The notes beneath the pieces were generated by a model that saw only the letters and a program-made list of their open reading frames with translations, did not search any database and had not been told where the DNA came from. A stretch of DNA of 64,000 nucleotides, taken from contig OX597822.1 of NCBI GenBank assembly GCA_951406725.2, positions 74,462,001 through 74,526,000 of the forward strand, written 5' to 3'. The translations under genes and the position numbers were made by a program. Shown one piece after another: positions 56,181 to 64,000 of this stretch. Each line of letters starts with the position of its first letter. The stretch's first letter is position 1. The stretch comes from Octopus vulgaris. Lineage: Eukaryota.

Positions 56181-56455
56181 GGAGGTGCAATGGCCCAGAG
56201 GTTAGGACAGCGGACTCGCGGTTGTAGGATCGCGGTTTCGATTCCCAGACCGGGCGTTGTGAGTGTTTATTGAGCGAAAACACCTAAAGTTCCACGAGGC
56301 TCCGGCAGGGGGTGGTGGTGATCCCTGCTGTACTCTTTCGCCACAACTTTCTCTCACTCTTTCTTCTGTTGGCCTGCTCGCTTAGCCAGCGGGGTAGCAT
56401 CATTTGAAGGCTAAAACAATGCGAAGCACATTGTGACCAGCGATGTGTAGCGGTG
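56181..56455 (+). mobile_element. SINE family D, tail type 3
   Basis: Same head and body up to CAACTTTCTCTCACTCTTTC, then an unrelated tail. Confidence 0.8.
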
Positions 56456-56461
56456 ATCACG

Positions 56462-56498
<37 letters not shown>

Positions 56499-56933
56499 AA
56501 ACTGCTTCAGAGACTGTGTCGCAATATAATAAATGTTTAAGTAAAGTTAACAGGGTGGGGTTGTGTGTTTTTGAACAGCAAGTATGGGTCTTCTTTGCTG
56601 TTTTAGTTTCAACACAGCCCCGGAACAAAATGTACATTTGCAACATAATCCTTTCTATTATAGACACAAGGCCTTGGAATTTTGGTGTAGAGGATTAGCC
56701 GACTACATCGACGCCAGTGCTCGACTGGTACTTATTTTATCGACCCGGAAAGGATAAGCAAAGTCGACCTTGGTGGAATTTGAACTCAGAACGACAGGCG
56801 AAATACTGCTAAGCATTTCGTCCAGCGCGCTAACGATACACCAACGTCGGTTGTCAAGCGATGCTGGGGGAAGGGAACAAACACTGACATACAAATACAT
56901 ACACACACACACACACACATGCACGCACGCACG

Positions 56934-56971
<38 letters not shown>

Positions 56972-58337
56972 CGACGGGCTTCTTTCAGTTTCCGTCAACC
57001 AAATCCACTCACAAGGTTTTGGTTGGCCCGAGGCTATAGTAGAAGACACTTGCCAAGGTGCCATGCAGTGAGACTGAACCAAGAACCATAAGCTACTTAC
57101 CACACAGCCACTCCTACGCCAAGGTCGACTTTGCCTTTCATCCTTTCGGGGTCGATAAATTAAGTACCAGTTACACACTGGGGTCGATGTAATCGACTTA
57201 ATCCCTTTGTCCGTCCTTGTTCGTCCCCTCTATGTTTAGCCCCTTGTGGGCAGTAAAGAAATATATATACATGATGGAATAAATAAATATCAAACATACC
57301 CTGCTTTAAAAGTGTATTAATTTCAGTCAGTAACATACAATTTAATTCTTTACTTGCATACACTTCAGAAAACCGGAAAATCCAGATATCCGGGAAACTT
57401 CCGACCTTAAACTTGCCTGTATTGTATTTCGTTTAGGTCGTGCGCTAACCCAGATAGATAACGATCAATCTAATATTTCGACGAAGCTATGTAGCTGACA
57501 TAACAGATCAAATTGGGGTACAAATGTCTAAATAACAGAAATACAAGAATGAGCTTGTTTCCAATAATCATTGGCCTTCTTTCCTTACACTCTTGTTATT
57601 CCACGAAATTTAATAATCTGGTATGTTTCGGTCATACGATAAAGATATATCTTAATCTAATCTCAAAGGTTTTTCATTTTCACAGAAATATTGAATCATC
57701 AAAAGATTGTTTTATCATTTAATCACTCTCAATTCATTTTCGACATTATATATATGTACCGATAGGGCACAGAAAGTGTGTTTATAGCCAGCTGGAAGAG
57801 GTGTCCTCCTGGGGCTACAAACTACAGTAGCATCCACTCTTAGGGGTTAGCCATATTTAAATGGGAAATATACGTCACAGTATTTTATAAATGTGCCGAA
57901 AAACGGGAAGCAAGCTACTTACCACACAGCCACTCTTGTATATGTATATATTCCCTCTTAAACGTGGATATTCTGTTTTGCTTGTCTCACTCATGGAATG
58001 CAGTCATACTGGAGCACTACCTTGAAGGGTCTAGTTGCCTTTTTTTTTCTTTTTTTTTTCTAATTCCGGTTCTTATTCTAATGATCTTTCGCTGAACCGC
58101 AGGAAGTCGCGGAAGTAGACAAATCAAGCTGTGGTAAAGGACAAAAACAAACACACATATACACGTATACAACGAGCTTCCACTAATAAGGTGCCGCACA
58201 GTGAGATTGAACCAGAAGCCATGTCACCGGCGTGTGGCTTAATGGTAAGGGGCTTTGGCTCACGATTGTAAGGGTCTTGTACATGTATTGTATTTCCCTT
58301 GCATGTTAATTTCACAAGCAGGTTGTATGTATATATG

Positions 58338-58466
<129 letters not shown>

Positions 58467-58589
58467 ATATATATATATATATATATGTGAGTAAACACAT
58501 AAATGTGAAACAAGGTGGAAAAAAGAGTACTCAAATACCAGTGGTAGAGTAATATGCTTTATTTTAAGCAGCAGAAAATTCAACAAAAT

Positions 58590-58627
58590 CTGTTACTCTG
58601 AGTTTCTCGTTGCCGTTCATCAGACAG
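58590..58627 (-). ncRNA. Minimal type I hammerhead ribozyme, mirror copy
   Basis: Exact reverse complement of 58644-58681. Confidence 0.82.
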
Positions 58628-58643
58628 TTTTTGCTAGAAAAAA

Positions 58644-58681
58644 CTGTCTGATGAACGGCAACGAGAAACTCAGAGTAACAG
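58644..58681 (+). ncRNA. Minimal type I hammerhead ribozyme
   Basis: CTGT-CTGATGA-aCG(gcaa)CGa-GAAAC-TCAGA-GTA-ACAG. Confidence 0.82.
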
Positions 58682-59358
58682 ATTTTGTTGAATTTTCTGC
58701 TGCTTAAAATAAAGTATATATATATATATATATATATAAACCTTTGGCCATGGAGGACGAGGGGATTGCACCTAGAAAGTTACCCTCCGAGGCACAAGTC
58801 TTATAGAAGACCTTCAGTCGCCTATGCACACCAGCCTCCCCTCTCTGTGCCACTGATGTCATCCATGGGAAGGCAAAGGGGCCGATACAGCTTGGCACCA
58901 GTGACATCACAACTCATTTCTGCAGCTGAGTGAATTGGAGCAACGGGAAATAAAGTGTCTTGCTCAAGAACACAAAACACAGCCAAGTCCGGCAATCGAA
59001 CTCACAACCTTACAATTGTAAGCCCGACGTTCTAACCAAGCCTTCACACGTATGTGCGCCTGTGAGATTGTGTGTGTGTGTATTTATGTGTATCTGTCCT
59101 TCTGCCTGAGTTTGTTCCCCACCACCACGGCTTGACAACTGGTGCTGATGTGATTGCATCCTCGCAACTTAGCAGTTCAGCAAAACAGCCGATAAAATAA
59201 ATACCAGGTTTAAAAAATAAATACTGAAGTCGAATCCAAGGCAGTGCCCCAGCATGGCGACAGTCTAATGACTGAAACAAGTAAAAGGTTATATATATAT
59301 ATATATATATATATAGCAATAATAATTCTCTAAATGAGATATAGACAGTAACTGCTCC

Positions 59359-59605
59359 ATAACATAAGGGACTAAAGCCATCTGAATATGGCTAGGGACA
59401 GGACAGGGTGGTGGGAATGTTACTGTTGCATTTAGCCCCAGGCGAACATCAACGTCGCCAGGTAGGCTTGACACCATAAAGGACACCGTGATGGTGTCAA
59501 GCCTATCTGGCGACGTTGATGTTCGCCTGGGGCTAAATGCAACAGTAACACCCCCACCACCCTGCCCTGTCCCTAGCCATATTCAGATGGCTTTAGTCCC
59601 TTATG

Positions 59606-59609
<4 letters not shown>
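59359..59609. repeat. ~250-bp palindrome (119-bp arms, 13-bp spacer) between (TA)n tracts
   Basis: 59359-59477 is the reverse complement of 59491-59609 with about 4 mismatches. Confidence 0.95.
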
Positions 59610-59672
<63 letters not shown>

Positions 59673-59865
59673 CGCAGGAGGAGCTGTGTGGTAAGTATCT
59701 TGCTTACCAACCACATGGTTCCGGGTTCAGTGTGAATGCGTGACACCTTGGGCAAGTGTCTTCCACTATAGCCTCAGGCCGACCAAAGCCTTGTGAGTGG
59801 ATTTGGTAGACGGAAACTGAAAGAAGCCCGTCGTATATATATATATATCGACCCTGTTTTCGGAC

Positions 59866-59928
<63 letters not shown>

Positions 59929-59937
59929 AGGGAAATC

Positions 59938-59978
<41 letters not shown>

Positions 59979-60004
59979 CACACACGATTTCCCTTTGATA
60001 TGAT

Positions 60005-60057
<53 letters not shown>

Positions 60058-60136
60058 TCCGTAAACATAAATCCGAAAAAAGAAGCGCACTCTAAGTTAT
60101 AGAACAGTAAATATTAAATGAGAAAGGTCTGTTTAT

Positions 60137-60197
60137 GGGATTACTTTAGGTTTCACGTCCATAAAGGGTTTGGCTTTATGGCGTATCATCAGGTCCC
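60137..60197 (-). ncRNA. Type I hammerhead ribozyme in a pLTR-like repeat (60055-60197)
   Basis: GGGAc-CTGATGA-tACG-CCATAAAG(ccaaacc)CTTTATGG-a-CGT-GAAAC-CTAAA-GTA-aTCCC. One mismatch at the base of stem I. Confidence 0.72.
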
Positions 60198-60555
60198 AAA
60201 ATTTGCTGCCTAAACGCGTCTCTAGCGAGAGGCCTGTCTAGAATATGGAGGAGGAAATGAACCACTCAATGTCAACAAAGGGGATTGTCTCCCCTTGGCT
60301 GTCGATCGCCGATGTCAACAAAAGTGATTGAGTTCTTTTCGCTATCGATCTGCTATGGGTTCCAATAGACTAGAAGAGTTTAGGATGTTCCCTGGGTTAA
60401 AGGAGTCTTTTAGGATCCTCACCCGCTCCGCTATGCATAATTTAAAGCGAGGCTGGTCTCGTTAATGTATAATATATGTATAATATATAGATAGACTTAC
60501 ATGTATATGTAAATATGTATGTATATACACGTGTATATATGTAAGTATACATATA

Positions 60556-60620
<65 letters not shown>

Positions 60621-60647
60621 ATGTATATATGCATTTATGTATGTATG

Positions 60648-60694
<47 letters not shown>

Positions 60695-61258
60695 TCTTTT
60701 ACTCTTTTACTTGTTTCAGTCATTTGACTGCGGCCATGCTGGAGCACCGCCTTTAGTCGAGCAAATCGACCCCGGGACTTATTCTTTTGTAAGCCCAGTA
60801 CTTATTCTATCGTCCCTTTTGCCGAACCGAGGCATGTATATATGTGTAAATATATATGTATGTATATATATATATTTATGTATATATATGTGTGTGTGTA
60901 TGTATAGATATAGATGTATATATATATATGGATGTATATTACTAGATATATATGTATAGATGTATATGTATTTGTATATGTATATATATATATATATATT
61001 AAGGTATGTAGAAAAATACAACATGGACAAGAACGTATAACTCTTAGAAGAGAGAGAGAGAGAGGGGCTATATGTATATCTAACTATATGTATATATATA
61101 TGAGTATATATATGTGTGTGTGTGTGTGCATATATGTATGTATATATATATATATATGTGTGTATGTATATATATACGTGTGTGTGTGCATTTATAAATA
61201 TATATATACGCATGTATATATGTGTATATATATGCATGTATATATATATTATATATAT

Positions 61259-61298
<40 letters not shown>

Positions 61299-61455
61299 TA
61301 TTAATATATTTAATATATATACAAACATATATACATATATATATGTATATAGTGCCTATCCAATATACTGCTGGTAGTGTACTCAATTAATCATACCCAA
61401 GTGCTAGTTATTGCGTGGGAATCTCGCAATCGAGTGAAATATATCCATATACATG

Positions 61456-61486
<31 letters not shown>

Positions 61487-63089
61487 GTGTGTGTGTGTGT
61501 GTGTGTGTGTGAATATATATGTGTGTGTGTGTGTGTGTATATATACTATAGGCTCAGGTCCACCAAAGCCTTGTGAGTGGATTTTGTACTCGGAAACTGA
61601 AAGAAGATTGTCGCATATTATGTGTATGTGTGTGTGTGTGTGTGTAATGTCAACATAGTTTAAAACCACTTATGAATTATAGACATATTTAGAGTGCACG
61701 TCCAGTATCACAATTATAATCTAACAGAATATGCAGCAGCAACAACAACTATAATTGTTTACCCTGTTTATAAGCGAAACACTTGTTTCAGTTTGAGACG
61801 ACACTAAGGCGATTCGGAAAGCGACGCAAAAAGGCCGAGAAGTAGAGACAAGTGTGAACGACGTCGTTTGTAAACATGGATGAATTCAGTTCTGTCGAAG
61901 ATAAGAGAAATAATTTAAAACTTTATTTGATTGTAGCTATGTGCAAAAATCGAGGTATCGGCTATAAGAATAATATGCCATGGGATTTAAAGTAAGTTAA
62001 ATTCAAAACCTAACATGCATACGTGTATGTGTATGTATATGTGTTGATAGATCAATCGATATGTGTGTGCCTGTGTCGGTGTGTATATATGTATGTGTCT
62101 GTGTATGTGTGTGTTTATATATGTGTGTGTGTAATATTCTTTTATTCTATTACTTGTTTCGGTCATCTGACTGCGGCCATGCTGGAGCACCGCCATAAAG
62201 AGCTTTTTTTTTTAATCGAACAAATCGACCCCAGGATATATTCTTTGTACGCCTAGTACTTATTCTATCAGTTTCTTTTGCCTAACAGCTAAGTTACGAA
62301 GATGTAAACACACTCACATCGGTTGTCAATTGATGGTGGTGGTGGTGGTGGTGGCGACAAACACAGGCACAGGCACAAACAGACACACACACACACACAC
62401 ATACATATATACGACGAGCTTCTTTCAGTTTCCGTCTACCAAATCCACTCACAAGGCTTTGGTCGGCCCGAGGCTATAGTAGAAGACACTTGCCCAAAGT
62501 GCCATGCAATGGGACTGAACCCGGAACCATGTGGTTGGGAAGCAAGCTTCTTATCAGAGAGCCACTCCTGAGCGTCTATATAAATATATAGCGATATAGC
62601 GAAAACGAGGCAAATAGATTGACAGACAGACATACATACATTTCAGGAATGGGTGTGCTCTTGTGGTTAAGAAACTCGCTTTGCAACTTTGCTGTTTCGG
62701 TTTCAACCACGATGCACGACACCTTGGGCAAGTAATTTTTACTATAACCCCGGACCGACGAAAGCCTTGTGAGTGAGTTTGGTTGACGGAAACTGTGTGG
62801 AACTCCGTCGTATGTATTATGTATATATACATATTCTTTTATTCTTTTACTTGTTTCAGTCATCTAACTGCGGCCATGCTGGAACACCGCCTTAAAGGGG
62901 GTTTTTTTTAGTCGAAGACATCGACCACAGGACTTATTCTTTGTACGTCTAGTACTTACTGTATCGATATCTTTTGCTTAACAGCTAAGTTACGGAGACG
63001 TAAACACACCCACATCGGTTGTCGATCGATGGTGGTGGTGGTGGTGGAGTCGACAAACACCGACACAAAGACACGCACATAAATATACA

Positions 63090-63147
<58 letters not shown>

Positions 63148-63329
63148 CGCGACAGGCTTCTTTCAATTTTCGTCTACCAAATCCATTCACAAGGCTTTGG
63201 TCGGCCCGAGGCTATAGTAGTAGACACTTGCCCAATGGGACTGAACCCGGAACCATGTGGTTGGAAGCAAGCTTCTTACCAGAGAGCCACGCCTGTGCGT
63301 CTATATAAATATATAGAGATATAACGAAA

Positions 63330-63560
63330 AAGAGTCATGCTTTGGCATCCATAACAATATGTCACACGCCAGCTCTTGTTTAGCTCACCAGTAATGTTCC
63401 GCAAAGTGCAAACACCTTTCTCTCTTATATTGGTGGGAACAGGCAGGAAATCTTCATACAAATATTTATAGGTAGGATGAATTCTCCAAGATATGTTTAA
63501 CACTGCTCTTAACACTCGGGTGTAAGTTTCATCTGGCCTGGATTCCAAGCATCCAGCTTT
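63330..63560 (-). pseudogene. Decayed RTE-clade LINE fragment (may extend toward the window end)
   Basis: DETYTRVLRAVLNISWRIHPTYKYLY..P..TNIREK, then frameshifted. Confidence 0.75.
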
Positions 63561-64000
63561 GTGGTATGGTGATGAAAACTCCCATCCATTGGGTCCCCTC
63601 TTTGCGGATTGGAGAAAGGCCTGAAGATATTTAGGCTAGCTGTGAAACTTTCAATAGGCAGTCCCGGACAAAATCACAGGTTGCCTTTTGGCAAGGTATA
63701 GCACTCGTTAGCCACCCTGTCAGTCATGGTGAAATCTTGAAACCCTGAAAAGTGCGGCAATGGCACAATCACTGGAAAGCAAGAGGGTGGTGGGGGAACG
63801 AAATGCAAAGCATAAAAAACACTTTGTCTTTGAATTGCTTCTCACTTCGCCAAACAAATTACACAATTATGAATCTTGGTCTAAGGAAACCCGTCGTTTT
63901 CACAGGCACTGCAGTTGTGTATAGGCTCTGCGACCAAAGCCGAGGAATTAGCAATCGAAACACATTCCATGGCTCGCATTAACCTCAGAAGATTTGAAAG

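Larger units (their letters stand above)
58556..58715. repeat. ~160-bp near-perfect palindrome with a left extension to (TA)n at ~58487. Related fragments at ~28028-28103 and ~45165-45270
   Basis: Arms are reverse complements around a short GCTAG-containing centre. Confidence 0.95.

Overview
This is a eukaryotic, AT-rich, microsatellite-saturated region. The SINE repertoire and repeat landscape look like an octopus/cephalopod genome (inference from family resemblance). No host protein-coding gene is supported, apart from one possible minus-strand exon near base 255. The real coding content is transposon-derived: a near-complete IR/DR Tc1 (DD34E) element in (TA)n, a 5'-truncated but uninterrupted Tx1/L1-clade LINE in (GATA)n, and decayed R4/Dong, RTE, CR1 and mariner fragments. 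Non-coding elements include TA-flanked MITEs, four tRNA-derived SINE families, a 5-copy ~560-bp element tied to (TAA)n, a 3.5-kb CAA/CAG array and a (CAT/CAC) tract. The most unusual signals are: (1) a recurring architecture of asymmetric fold-back elements beside (TA)n, several carrying minimal type I hammerhead ribozymes (Penelope pLTR-like); (2) two such fold-backs that carry a different, covarying two-hairpin motif seen at four loci; (3) a SINE tail that matches the 3' end of the Tx1 LINE and forms head-to-tail arrays. All folds and alignments were done by eye, and boundaries of decayed elements are approximate.
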